A stretch of DNA of 49,213 bases from an uncultured Bacilli bacterium (GTDB lineage Bacteria > Bacillota_I > Bacilli_A > RF39 > UBA660), in assembly GCA_910576985.1 (NCBI GenBank), contig CAJTLA010000003.1:1-49213 (forward strand), given 5' to 3'. The notes under the pieces were generated by a model. It did not search any database. It was not told the DNA's origin and saw only the letters and a program-made list of their open reading frames with translations. Positions 32,312-42,542 of this stretch are shown here, piece by piece. Both the position numbers and the translations under genes were made by a program. The number at the start of each line of letters is the position of its first letter. Within the stretch, counting starts at the first letter, position 1.

Positions 32312-33196
32312 TCATTTACGAATTTTAATTGTATCTTTCTTTTGTAACGTTCCAATCAATAAACTAGAATTAGAATCATGATCTAATATATTTTTAGCAA
32401 CTTTCTTTTCATCATAATTTGCATAACAATACTTACAGAAATGTTCACAAGTATTATAGACTCCAATATCAACCATCTCTACACAACTACATAGTCCCCC
32501 TTTTCTAGCTTTCCACTTATGATATATTTTTTTAGTCATTTGATAAGCTTTCGTTGCTGACAAACAATCTCCTTTTGTAAACCCATATTGAGTTAAATCA
32601 CATTCTTCAAAACAGGTCTGAACTACCATACCATGTTTCCTCGCACTTTCACTAAAAGAAATTCCAATCTGCTTTAAATCTTCTTCCGTAAATGGTTTTA
32701 TTCTTAATGTCTTGATATGATTACGAACGTTTTTATAATCATCAATAAAAGATACAATCATTGTTTTCGTATAACCTTCTAATAAAGCACATAAATGCTC
32801 AAATGCCTGCTTATGATATTCTAAATGATATTGATCATTTAAAAAAATAGGATCATAACGAATACATACTTGATCACTCCCAATCATATTAGAAATTTTT
32901 TTAATTGCCTCTATTAAAATTCCCTTTGGAGGGACATTTGGTTCAATATTGCTTTTATATGGAGTTAAAGTCACATGAAATAACATTGGCTTTTGAATTT
33001 CAGATAAAAATTCTAAAATAGGAATTGGATTTTTTGTACAAAAAAATATAGCATCCACATCATTAAAATAAATTCTACTGACCTGATCTGGATAAAATGG
33101 ATTCCTAACATCTACAAACCCTTCTCGATAACGATTGATAAACCATTTAGAATAAAAAGCCACAATATCTGTTCTTCCACTCACATTTAAAATCAT
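32312..33196 (-). CDS. DUF1848-family protein (Cys-rich, probable Fe-S)
   Basis: N-terminus ILNVSGRTDIVAFYSKWFINRYREGFVDVRNPF and C-terminal Cys cluster CSCVEMVDIGVYNTCEHFCKYCYAN. ATG at 33196. Confidence 0.55.
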   Translation of the reverse strand: MILNVSGRTDIVAFYSKWFINRYREGFVDVRNPFYPDQVSRIYFNDVDAIFFCTKNPIPILEFLSEIQKPMLFHVTLTPYKSNIEPNVPPKGILIEAIKKISNMIGSDQVCIRYDPIFLNDQYHLEYHKQAFEHLCALLEGYTKTMIVSFIDDYKNVRNHIKTLRIKPFTEEDLKQIGISFSESARKHGMVVQTCFEECDLTQYGFTKGDCLSATKAYQMTKKIYHKWKARKGGLCSCVEMVDIGVYNTCEHFCKYCYANYDEKKVAKNILDHDSNSSLLIGTLQKKDTIKIRK

Positions 33197-33406
33197 ACAA
33201 ACCATCCTTTTTTTCAGTATATCACCAACAAATAATATAATCAATATTTCAAAACGATACATTTCATAAAATAAAGAATCCTATAAACAATAAATTGTAT
33301 CATTATTCCCATGAAAAATACAGTTTCTATTGCAACCATAAAATGAAGAAAAATCATAGTAAAATAAAATAATGTATGATATAATATTCAGGGAAAGGAG
33401 CCATAG

Positions 33407-34657
33407 ATGATGAGACAAATCAAACAACTAACCCAAACAGAATTTAGATCATTTGCAAATACATTTAACGTCCATTCTTTATATCAAACCGTAGAATATG
33501 CAGAAATCATGGAACGTCAAGGATTTACTTCCCTATTTGTAGGAATGATTGAAGAAAATCAAATTGTAGCTGCTTCTTTGATTTTAGTCCAAAAAAAAGA
33601 TGGCTTTAAATACGCTTTTGCACCAAGAGGATTTCTAATCAACTATAATAATTTTGACTTATTAAAGAACTTCACACTTCTTTTAAAAAAATTTCTTGGA
33701 AAAAAAGATATTGTTGCTATAAAATTAAATCCATTAATTATCAAAAATGTATATAATAAGCATCATAATCTAAAAGAAACCAATTTATATTTTGAAAAAA
33801 TATTCAATGACTTCAAAAGACTTGGATACTACCATTTAGGATATAATCACTACTTTGAATCATTTAAACCAAGATTTGAGGCAATCTTAAATATTGATTA
33901 TCCATATTACCAACTTTTTAAAGATATATCAAAAAATTTCAGAACAAAAATTAGAAATGCAGAAAATAATGGAATTAAAATTCATAGAGGAAACTTAAAC
34001 AGTTTAGATGCTCTATATTTACAAACCAAAAGTAAATATCCAAGAGATCTAAAATTCTTTCAAGATGCTTATCAAACCTTTGGTCCTAATATTGAATTTT
34101 ACTATGCAAAATTAGATACCACTTATTTTCTAACAAAAACACAAGAACTCTATTCTTTAGCCGAACAAAAAAGCATTGATATCAATAATCAAATTTTTGA
34201 AAAAGTTGGAGAAAATAATGCGAAACTAATTGATCAAAAAATTATTTGTGACAATGAAACAAACAAATATAAAAAACAGCTCATTTCAGCTACCAATTTA
34301 TTAAAAACATATCCAACTGGAATCATTTTAGCAACTGCCTTAGTAATCAAAAACAAAGATGAAATTTTTCTATTTATGGATGGATACGATCAGACAAAAA
34401 AAAGCTTTAACGGAAAACACCTATTACTATGGAAACTAATTCAGAAATATGCACAATCAGAATATAAACGTTTTAACCTAAATGGAATTACTGATTTTAA
34501 TTTAGAAAATAATCCTTACAAAGGATTAAATGATTTTAAAACAAACTTTGGCTCTGATATATATGAATATATTGGTGATTTAGAATTGGTTACCAACAGT
34601 ACATTATACTTTATGTATCGTAATTCTGCTCCAATTAGAAACATATTAAAACATTAA
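33407..34657 (+). CDS. FemAB-family peptidoglycan interpeptide-bridge aminoacyltransferase
   Basis: 416 aa. N-terminus ...SLYQTVEYAEIMERQGF...APRGFLI. Central coiled-coil insertion and C-terminal GNAT-like half (...YKGLNDFKTNFG). One of the few plus-strand genes. Confidence 0.7.
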   Translation: MMRQIKQLTQTEFRSFANTFNVHSLYQTVEYAEIMERQGFTSLFVGMIEENQIVAASLILVQKKDGFKYAFAPRGFLINYNNFDLLKNFTLLLKKFLGKKDIVAIKLNPLIIKNVYNKHHNLKETNLYFEKIFNDFKRLGYYHLGYNHYFESFKPRFEAILNIDYPYYQLFKDISKNFRTKIRNAENNGIKIHRGNLNSLDALYLQTKSKYPRDLKFFQDAYQTFGPNIEFYYAKLDTTYFLTKTQELYSLAEQKSIDINNQIFEKVGENNAKLIDQKIICDNETNKYKKQLISATNLLKTYPTGIILATALVIKNKDEIFLFMDGYDQTKKSFNGKHLLLWKLIQKYAQSEYKRFNLNGITDFNLENNPYKGLNDFKTNFGSDIYEYIGDLELVTNSTLYFMYRNSAPIRNILKH

Positions 34658-34734
34658 TTAAACAGACAAAGTCTGTTTTTTATTTCCACTTCTTTTTCAA
34701 ACTGATAAATACAACTGTGATTTCTTACCAAAAA

Positions 34735-34760
34735 AAAACAGACAAAAGTCTGCTTTTCTT
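34735..34760 (-). terminator. Rho-independent terminator of the str/tuf operon
   Basis: Minus strand reads AGCAGACTTTTGTCTGTT followed by TTTTTTT. Confidence 0.7.
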
Positions 34761-35943
34761 ATTCAACGATTTCTGAAACGTTTCCTGCTCCAACAGTTCT
34801 TCCACCTTCACGAATTGAGAATTTTGTACCATTTTCAATTGCAATTGGGTGAATTAATTCTACTGTCATTTCAACATTGTCTCCAGGCATAACCATTTCT
34901 ACACCTTCTGGTAATTCAATAGTTCCTGTAACATCTGTTGTACGGAAATAGAATTGTGGACGATAGTTACTGAAGAATGGAGTATGTCTTCCACCTTCTT
35001 CTTTGCTAAGTACATAAACTGTAGCTTTGAATTTTTTATGTGGAGTAACTGATCCTGGTTTTGCTAATACTTGCCCACGTTCTACATCTTCACGAGAAAT
35101 ACCACGTAATAAGATACCTGCATTATCTCCTGCTTCAGCATAATCTAATTGCTTACGGAACATTTCAATTCCTGTAACTACTGATTTTTTAGTTTCTTTA
35201 ATACCAACAATTTCGATTTCATCATTTAATTTTAATTGACCTCTTTCAACACGTCCTGTAACTACTGTTCCACGACCTGTGATAGTAAATACATCTTCAA
35301 TTGGCATTAAGAATGGTTTTTCAGTATCTCTAGTTGGAGTTTCAATATACTCATCTACTGCAGCCATCAATTCATCAATTTTTGCTGCCCAAGTAGCATC
35401 TCCTTCTAATGCTTTAAGTGCTGAACCACGAATGATTGGAGTATTGTCTCCATCGTATCCATATTCACTTAATAATTCACGAATTTCCATTTCAACTAAA
35501 TCTAACAATTCTTCATCTTCAACCATGTCACATTTGTTCATGAATACAACCATACGAGGTACACCAACTTGACGTGACAATAAGATATGTTCACGAGTTT
35601 GAGCCATTGGACCATCAGTTGAAGCAATAACTAAGATTGCTCCATCCATTTGAGCTGCTCCTGTAATCATGTTTTTTACATAGTCAGCATGTCCTGGACA
35701 GTCTACGTGTGCATAATGTCTATTTTCTGTACTATATTCAATATGTGAAGTATTGATTGTAATACCACGTTCTCTTTCTTCAGGTGCTTTATCAATATTG
35801 TTAAAGTCAACTTTTTCGTTACCGTTTTTCCCAGCTAAGTGAGATGAAATAGCAGCTGTTAAAGTTGTTTTACCATGATCTACGTGTCCAATTGTACCAA
35901 TGTTAACATGTGGTTTTGAACGATCATATTTTTGTTTTGCCAT
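34759..35943 (-). CDS. tuf: Elongation factor Tu
   Basis: [21 protein letters not shown]. Full-length 394 aa. Confidence 0.98.
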   Translation of the reverse strand: MAKQKYDRSKPHVNIGTIGHVDHGKTTLTAAISSHLAGKNGNEKVDFNNIDKAPEERERGITINTSHIEYSTENRHYAHVDCPGHADYVKNMITGAAQMDGAILVIASTDGPMAQTREHILLSRQVGVPRMVVFMNKCDMVEDEELLDLVEMEIRELLSEYGYDGDNTPIIRGSALKALEGDATWAAKIDELMAAVDEYIETPTRDTEKPFLMPIEDVFTITGRGTVVTGRVERGQLKLNDEIEIVGIKETKKSVVTGIEMFRKQLDYAEAGDNAGILLRGISREDVERGQVLAKPGSVTPHKKFKATVYVLSKEEGGRHTPFFSNYRPQFYFRTTDVTGTIELPEGVEMVMPGDNVEMTVELIHPIAIENGTKFSIREGGRTVGAGNVSEIVE

Positions 35944-36014
35944 AATATTCCTCCTTATATTTCATTACATATACTATTTTATATCAACTAAAGAAAAATA
36001 GCAAGTGCCTTTTC

Positions 36015-38087
36015 TTAGTTTCCACCATTTTTCTTAATTATGTCGTCTGCGATATTTCTTGGAACTTCTTCATAATGATCAAATACCATTGTAAATTGTC
36101 CCCTACCTTGTGTATTGGATCTAAGTGCTGTAGCATATCCAAACATTTCTGAAAGTGGCACTGACGCATCTATCGCTAATGCATTTCCACGTGATTCTTG
36201 ACCAAGCGGACGTCCACGACGAGAAGTAATATCTCCCATGACATTTCCTAGATATTCATCTGGAACAATTATCTGAACTTTCATAATTGGTTCTAATAAA
36301 ATTGGTTTACATTTGTTTTTTGCCTCTTTTAAAGCCAAAGATGCTGCTATTTTAAATGCCATTTCTGATGAGTCAACATCATGATAAGAACCATCAAATA
36401 ATGTTGCTTTTACATCTACCATTGGATATCCTGCTAAAACACCAGTTTTCATAGCATCTTGAAGACCTTTATCAGTAACTGGAATATATTCACGAGGAAC
36501 AACTCCACCAACTACTGCATCAACAAATTCATATCCTTTATCTGGATTTGGTTCAAATTTAATCCAAACATGTCCATATTGTCCACGTCCTCCAGATTGT
36601 TTTATATATTTTCCTTCACAATCAGCAGCTTGTGTTAAAGTTTCACGATAAGATACTTGTGGCTTTCCAATGTTTGCTTCAACATTAAACTCTCTTTTCA
36701 TACGATCCACAATAATATCCAAATGAAGTTCACCCATACCTGCTATAATTGTTTGACCAGTTTCATGATTGGTACTAGCTCTAAAAGTTGGATCTTCTTC
36801 TGATAATTTTTGTAAAGCCGTAGCCATTTTATCTTGATCTGCTTTTGATTTTGGTTCAACAGCAAGTTCAATTACTGGTTCTGGAAATTCCATAGATTCC
36901 AAAATACAAGCTTTCTTTTCATCACATAAAGTATCTCCTGTTGTTGTGTTTTTAAGTCCTACTGCTGCCGCAATATCTCCAGTATATACTTCTGTAATTT
37001 CAGTACGATTATTTGCATGCATTTGCAAAATACGACCAATTCTTTCCTTTGAATTTTTAGTTGCATTTAATACATAAGAACCACTATTTAAATGTCCTGA
37101 ATAAACACGGAAAAAAGTTAATTTTCCAACAAATGGATCTGTCATTACTTTAAATGCCAAAGCACTAAATGGTTCTGAGTCACTTGGATGACGCTCGATT
37201 TCTTTTCCATCCATATCAAATCCTTTAATCGCTTCGATATCAAGTGGAGATGGTAAATAATCGACTACAGCATCTAGTAACAATTTTACTCCAATATTTC
37301 CTAAAGCAGTTCCACATAATACAGGGAAGAATTCTACTGCTAATGTTCCTTTACGGATTGCACGCTTGATTAAATCATTACTGATTTCATCCCCTTCCAA
37401 GTATTTGTTCATAAGTTCATCATCAAACTCTGCAACAGCTTCAATTAAGTCATTACGTTTTTCTTCTACTAAGTCTACCATATCTGCTGGAATATCAATA
37501 ATAGTTGGTTCTTCTTCTTGTTTTCCATCATAATGATATGCTGTTCTAGTAATTAAATCAATAATTCCATTAAACTCATTTTCTGCGCCAATAGGCCACT
37601 CAATTGGTTTTGCATTTACTCCCAATCTATTCTTAACAGTTTCCAAGCTATATTCAAAACTTGCTCCCATTTTATCCATTTTGTTACAGAAAATCATACG
37701 AGGAACTTTGAATTCAGTTGCTTGACGCCATACAGTTTCTGTTTGTGGCTCAACTCCTGCTTGTGAGTCTAGAAGCGCCACTGCTCCGTCTAGTACACGA
37801 AGTGATCTTGATACTTCAACTGTAAAATCTACGTGTCCTGGAGTATCAATGATATTGAATCTATGATCTTTCCAAAATGCAGTTGTTGCTGCTGAAGTAA
37901 TGGTAATTCCACGTTCTTGTTCTTGCTCCATCCAATCCATCTGTGCAGCACCATCATGTGTCTCACCAATTTTATGAATTTTACCAGTGTGGAATAAAAC
38001 ACGTTCTGTACAAGTTGTTTTTCCAGCATCAATATGTGCCATAATTCCAATATTACGTGTATTTTCTATACTATATTCACGAGCCAT
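36015..38087 (-). CDS. fusA: Elongation factor G
   Basis: [21 protein letters not shown]. 690 aa. Confidence 0.98.
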   Translation of the reverse strand: MAREYSIENTRNIGIMAHIDAGKTTCTERVLFHTGKIHKIGETHDGAAQMDWMEQEQERGITITSAATTAFWKDHRFNIIDTPGHVDFTVEVSRSLRVLDGAVALLDSQAGVEPQTETVWRQATEFKVPRMIFCNKMDKMGASFEYSLETVKNRLGVNAKPIEWPIGAENEFNGIIDLITRTAYHYDGKQEEEPTIIDIPADMVDLVEEKRNDLIEAVAEFDDELMNKYLEGDEISNDLIKRAIRKGTLAVEFFPVLCGTALGNIGVKLLLDAVVDYLPSPLDIEAIKGFDMDGKEIERHPSDSEPFSALAFKVMTDPFVGKLTFFRVYSGHLNSGSYVLNATKNSKERIGRILQMHANNRTEITEVYTGDIAAAVGLKNTTTGDTLCDEKKACILESMEFPEPVIELAVEPKSKADQDKMATALQKLSEEDPTFRASTNHETGQTIIAGMGELHLDIIVDRMKREFNVEANIGKPQVSYRETLTQAADCEGKYIKQSGGRGQYGHVWIKFEPNPDKGYEFVDAVVGGVVPREYIPVTDKGLQDAMKTGVLAGYPMVDVKATLFDGSYHDVDSSEMAFKIAASLALKEAKNKCKPILLEPIMKVQIIVPDEYLGNVMGDITSRRGRPLGQESRGNALAIDASVPLSEMFGYATALRSNTQGRGQFTMVFDHYEEVPRNIADDIIKKNGGN

Positions 38088-38105
38088 ACTCTTGTTTCCT
38101 TTCTT

Positions 38106-38573
38106 CTACCAACGATAATGTGCGAATGCTTTATTTGCTTCTGCCATACGATGTGTATCTTCACGTTTTTTTACTGCTGCTCCTACTCCATTAGAAGCAT
38201 CAATCAATTCGTTTGCTAAATTTTCTGCCATAGAGTGTCCTCCACGAGATCTAGCAGCATTTGTTAACCAACGCATTGCTAAAGCTCTTGCTCTATCTGG
38301 TTTTACTTCAATTGGTACTTGATAGTTTGCTCCACCAACACGGCGGCTTTTTACTTCTAATGCTGGTTGAATGTTTTCCATAGCTTTATTAAAAACTTCT
38401 AATGGTTCTTCTCCAGTTCTTTCTTTGATCATATCGAAAGATTTATATAGAATTTTTTGTGCAGTACCTTTTTTTCCATCTATCATAATCGTATTAATTA
38501 GTTTTGTCACTAATTTTGAATTATATAATGGATCTGGTAAAACGTCTCTTTTAGTAGCACGTCTTTTACGCAT
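38106..38573 (-). CDS. rpsG: 30S ribosomal protein S7
   Basis: 155 aa, typical S7 sequence. Lies between rpsL and fusA. Confidence 0.97.
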   Translation of the reverse strand: MRKRRATKRDVLPDPLYNSKLVTKLINTIMIDGKKGTAQKILYKSFDMIKERTGEEPLEVFNKAMENIQPALEVKSRRVGGANYQVPIEVKPDRARALAMRWLTNAARSRGGHSMAENLANELIDASNGVGAAVKKREDTHRMAEANKAFAHYRW

Positions 38574-38588
38574 ACTATTCCTCCTCTC

Positions 38589-39005
38589 TTATTTATTTTT
38601 TGGTTTTTTAGCGCCATATTTAGAACGTCCTTGACGACGTTTTTCAACTCCAGCAGTATCCATTGTACCACGAATTACATGATAACGAACACCGATTAAG
38701 TCTTTTACACGTCCACCACGAACTAATACTACACTATGTTCTTGTAAGTTATGTCCTTCTCCTGGAATATAAGCATCGATCTCACGACCATTACTTAATC
38801 TAACACGAGCATATTTACGAAGTGCTGAGTTTGGTTTCTTTGGTGTTTTAGTTCCAACACGAGTACAAACTCCACGTTTTTGAGGAGAGTTTTGGTTTGT
38901 TTGTTTTTTCTCCTTGCTGTTATATCCAATACCAAGTACAGGTGATTTACTGTTTGTTGGTTTTTTGCTTCTTCTATTACGAACCAATTGATTCATTGTA
39001 GGCAT
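38589..39005 (-). CDS. rpsL: 30S ribosomal protein S12
   Basis: [10 protein letters not shown]...[10 protein letters not shown]...[10 protein letters not shown]...[15 protein letters not shown]. The ATG at 39005 is preferred over the extended track start. Confidence 0.97.
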   Translation of the reverse strand: MPTMNQLVRNRRSKKPTNSKSPVLGIGYNSKEKKQTNQNSPQKRGVCTRVGTKTPKKPNSALRKYARVRLSNGREIDAYIPGEGHNLQEHSVVLVRGGRVKDLIGVRYHVIRGTMDTAGVEKRRQGRSKYGAKKPKNK

Positions 39006-39092
39006 AGTTTCGAACCTCCTTTCCACACATCCAGGTGTCTCCTTTTTTTAATCAAAGATTTACAAAGTAAACCTTAATTAAAATGTACTACT

Positions 39093-39122
39093 AATATAAC
39101 ACCAATATGTATATTTTGTCAA
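39093..39122 (-). promoter_or_regulatory. Promoter of the str operon
   Basis: TTGACA (39117-39122), 18-nt spacer, TGtTATATT (-10 at 39093-39098). Confidence 0.55.
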
Positions 39123-39162
39123 TAAAATTTCTATTTTTTATGATATTGAAGTTTGAATACTA

Positions 39163-39190
39163 CAAAAAATAGGCCTTATAGACCTAGTAT
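39163..39190 (-). terminator. Rho-independent terminator after the pilin-like gene
   Basis: Minus strand reads TAGGTCTATAAGGCCTA followed by TTTTTTG. Confidence 0.55.
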
Positions 39191-39217
39191 ACAAATATTT
39201 CAAAATGAAATGTGATA

Positions 39218-40780
39218 TCATTCTAATAAAACAACTCGAAATGAAATATTATCAACTGCTCCCCCTCCTGCTCCTGAATAATAAAGATAATATAGTCCTG
39301 CTTCACTTCCCCAACCAGATTGTCCTCCACGAAGATACCATGGATTATTAACAAGAAAGAAATAATCGGAATACCAACCACTCGTCTCACTTAAGGCATG
39401 CCCATAACAAAGTTCTCCTTCACATGCAGTTGCTACCGACGTTGACGTATAATTATCATAATACTTACGTTCTGGTAAACTACTAAATCCTGATGAGCCT
39501 TTGTTTTCATTATATAAAGCCATCACATATTCATGGGAACCTCCACTCATATCATATACGCCATATATCGTTCCCGTTGTTGACGCACCTGTCCCATCCA
39601 AAGGCTTTTCATATGTATACACACATGCACCACTTTTTCCTGCACTAGGAGTCCCTCCGCTACAACCAGTGATATAACTACTATTATTATTAATATACAC
39701 TTCTTTATTCGCACCCAAATAGGAATCATTCCCATATTTTCCATATGTACTTTGTGATAAATATGCTACTGCTCCCCACTCACTACTCTTCATCATATGT
39801 GCATCTGCCGATGTATTTATTCCATAATTGTTTTCTGATGCACTAAACTTCTGCGCTGTTGTGAACATATTACTTACATTCATATATCTCAATGAATTGA
39901 TATTTGGTTTTATGGTTGGAGTCGTTGCATTTCCTGTTGTCTCAAATTTTCCTACCCAAAACCCAGATAATTCTTGATCTCCAAATGTAAAGGCTGGATG
40001 AATTACGTAATTTTCACTAGAATTGGTTTTATTTACCGCTATAAAATTGACCTTAATTTCTCCAGGTTGTGCCTTTGTTCCTCCTGCATCATTTTGTATA
40101 CTTACATAATCATATTCATATCTTGGGATCCATACAAAATACGCATTGATTGCACTCTCTGGTATTTCATCTCCAACACTCACATTTCTATATTCCTCTG
40201 TTACACTTGCTGCATTCGCCCACATCCATTGACCATAATCATACCATTGATGTTCTCCAGCTCCATTATTTTCATCAGCCTTTATCCATGTTGTTCCATT
40301 CCATTTTATTGGAACCAATCCAGCTAAAGTTGGTTTTTCGGCTCCCGATTTATCTGCATTTATAAATTCTGAATTACCAGTAAGGACACATTTCCCTTCT
40401 TCATATTTCAAAATCTTCACTTTATTATCATCGGCTTCTTTTATCGCACACCATGTATGATTATGAACAGCTACACGAATCTCCCCATGACGCTCTAAAA
40501 TCAACATACCACCTTCTGGAGTAAGTCCATGATAATTTAATTCTTCTGGTTTTCCATAATCAAATGAAAACGTCTTTGACCCTTCTAATACACCATCAGA
40601 CATCATTTCCGTATATAATAACTTCGCACTTTCAATAATTCCATACACACTATCCTCAAAAGAACTCTTTTTAGAATTTTCTACAAGATTCAATATCATA
40701 GGAACAGTAACCAAAACAATGATAACGAGTATCACAATTACTGCCAATAACTCTATTAATGTAAACGCCCTTTGTTTCAT
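39218..40780 (-). CDS. Large protein with a type IV pilin-like (prepilin-type) N-terminus and an uncharacterised ~480-aa globular region
   Basis: MKQRAFTLIELLAVIVILVIIVLV = class III signal-like motif with Glu at +5. C-terminal region includes HPAFTFGDQELSGFWVGKFE...SSEWGAVAYL, faintly FGE/DUF1566-like. Confidence 0.65.
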   Translation of the reverse strand: MKQRAFTLIELLAVIVILVIIVLVTVPMILNLVENSKKSSFEDSVYGIIESAKLLYTEMMSDGVLEGSKTFSFDYGKPEELNYHGLTPEGGMLILERHGEIRVAVHNHTWCAIKEADDNKVKILKYEEGKCVLTGNSEFINADKSGAEKPTLAGLVPIKWNGTTWIKADENNGAGEHQWYDYGQWMWANAASVTEEYRNVSVGDEIPESAINAYFVWIPRYEYDYVSIQNDAGGTKAQPGEIKVNFIAVNKTNSSENYVIHPAFTFGDQELSGFWVGKFETTGNATTPTIKPNINSLRYMNVSNMFTTAQKFSASENNYGINTSADAHMMKSSEWGAVAYLSQSTYGKYGNDSYLGANKEVYINNNSSYITGCSGGTPSAGKSGACVYTYEKPLDGTGASTTGTIYGVYDMSGGSHEYVMALYNENKGSSGFSSLPERKYYDNYTSTSVATACEGELCYGHALSETSGWYSDYFFLVNNPWYLRGGQSGWGSEAGLYYLYYSGAGGGAVDNISFRVVLLE

Positions 40781-40824
40781 AACCCCACTCCCATCATAAT
40801 TTTTATAAAATATGAAAATAAAAC

Positions 40825-41688
40825 TTATTTCCTATCTCTTTCTTCTGAATTTAAATTCAAATCTACAGCATGTTTTGGTTTTCTTTTCTCTACTGGTAGT
40901 GGATCATACCATTCTTTTCCATTCCATTTTTTAAGACAATTCGGTCCATACCATTCAGATACTACCTTTTTCACATTATGATAAGAATAGAACTGTCTCC
41001 CCTCAAACTCATAAAGCGTAAAAGGATATACATCTTCCCTCTTAAACTTTGGCTCCTTTAAAAACTTTTCCCAAGGAATTGCAATTGTCTGTGAAACCAT
41101 ATTGCTATTCTCATTTTTAAAAGCATACTTAGCAGAAATCTTTAACACCAATTTCTTCAAAAAAACTGGATTAATATGTATGTTGTCCAACAACACCATA
41201 ATAGGCATTAACGCCCTAACCTTAAATCGATTCCATTCGTCAACCCACTTATTTTCAGAAACACCATCATAAATCACAACATCAATAAAAATTCCATCTC
41301 CTGATTCACAACGATTTTTAAGTAAACTATTTACTTCTTTAATATAAGTTCCACGCTTTCGAATCTTCATCGATGGAACTAAAACATTATATTTTCGATC
41401 TCGTTCAAAACATTGAAAATAAAACTTAGAGTCCAAATCCATTTCTAAAGCTTGAACAAATCGCTCCCAATCTTTTCTTTCAACACACATATCAATATCA
41501 TCATCCCATGGAATAAACCCCTGATAATTACAAATACCTAGTGCAGAACCAGCAATCAATGCATATGGAATATCATTCTTTACACAAACTCGATGAATTT
41601 CATCCATAATCTCTAAAATAGCAAGTTGTAGATCTCGCACTGTAATCTCAGATCCATCTGGATTTTTTTTCAGCACATACTTTTCCAT
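40825..41688 (-). CDS. LicD-family phosphotransferase (phosphocholine/polyol-phosphate transfer to glycans)
   Basis: LQLAILEIMDEIHRVCVKNDIPYALIAGSALG...PWDDDIDM signature. ATG at 41688 with RBS AAAGAGGT. Confidence 0.75.
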   Translation of the reverse strand: MEKYVLKKNPDGSEITVRDLQLAILEIMDEIHRVCVKNDIPYALIAGSALGICNYQGFIPWDDDIDMCVERKDWERFVQALEMDLDSKFYFQCFERDRKYNVLVPSMKIRKRGTYIKEVNSLLKNRCESGDGIFIDVVIYDGVSENKWVDEWNRFKVRALMPIMVLLDNIHINPVFLKKLVLKISAKYAFKNENSNMVSQTIAIPWEKFLKEPKFKREDVYPFTLYEFEGRQFYSYHNVKKVVSEWYGPNCLKKWNGKEWYDPLPVEKRKPKHAVDLNLNSEERDRK

Positions 41689-41692
41689 ACTA

Positions 41693-42493
41693 CTACCTCT
41701 TTCTTCTAAATGTTTTTTCATCAATTTCAAATACAATATTTTCTGTTGTTAATTCATAAGGAAGTTTCAAACGATTTAATAAAGATACCGTTTTTTCATC
41801 TTCCTGAGGAGAAGTAATAACCACAAATCTAGGATCCAACCGTTCTAACAATAAATTGATATTTGACACATATCTGCCATGATAAGGAAGCTTTACAATA
41901 TCAGACTTTAATATGTCATCTTCCAACAACTCCTCAATTCGTTTCTTTTTCATATCAGCCCCAAAAAAGGTTGTTACCTGACCCACTGTAATCCATGTAG
42001 CCAAAGAAGAGTTATTCGAACTATCATACTCTACCATTGGTGGTTTTATTAAAACCTCCATTTTCCCAATATGAATCTTCATTTGTTCTTCCAAAGCTTG
42101 ATAATCATTTTGATTCCTCTCTACATAATTGAATAACTCTGATTCCGCACTTGAATGTTTTCGATAACTACTTGCAACAACCTTTTTCACATTCCATCTT
42201 TCCATAATAGAAACAGCATTCCCTATATGATCCTTATCAGGATGTGTTAATATCATGAGATCAATCGATTTGATTTTCTTTTTTTGCAAATAAGTAAGAA
42301 CCGAATTTCTACAAATAGCTTCTCCAGTATCAACCAAAACAACATGATCACGATCCTTAATCACAGTAATGTCTGCATCTCCACAAGCCAAAAAAGACAT
42401 TTCTGTATTCATATTCATATTTTTAGAACATCCTCCTAATAATATACAAAAAAAGAAAAGAACAAGAACTTTAACTACAATATATTTTCTCAT
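41693..42493 (-). CDS. Lipoprotein with metallo-beta-lactamase fold (ComEC C-terminal-domain-like)
   Basis: Signal peptide with LLGGC lipobox. DADITVI...VLVDTGE, THPDKDHIGN, LPYHG motifs. Confidence 0.7.
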   Translation of the reverse strand: MRKYIVVKVLVLFFFCILLGGCSKNMNMNTEMSFLACGDADITVIKDRDHVVLVDTGEAICRNSVLTYLQKKKIKSIDLMILTHPDKDHIGNAVSIMERWNVKKVVASSYRKHSSAESELFNYVERNQNDYQALEEQMKIHIGKMEVLIKPPMVEYDSSNNSSLATWITVGQVTTFFGADMKKKRIEELLEDDILKSDIVKLPYHGRYVSNINLLLERLDPRFVVITSPQEDEKTVSLLNRLKLPYELTTENIVFEIDEKTFRRKR

Positions 42494-42542
42494 TCTTTAC
42501 CTCCTTTCTCATTGTAATATGATTTTTAAATAAAGTCAAATT

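Noticed and set aside
34671-34760. Two near-identical CAGAC-AAA(A)-GTCTG hairpins between femAB and tuf as a repeat element
   Set aside because: They are most simply the convergent terminators of the two genes. The stems are short and no further copies were seen in the window.
35279-38634. Short ORFs inside or antisense to tuf, fusA, rpsG and rpsL (35279-35572, 37829-38050, 38034-38219, 38371-38634)
   Set aside because: They are embedded in highly conserved translation genes and have no independent signals. They are shadow ORFs.
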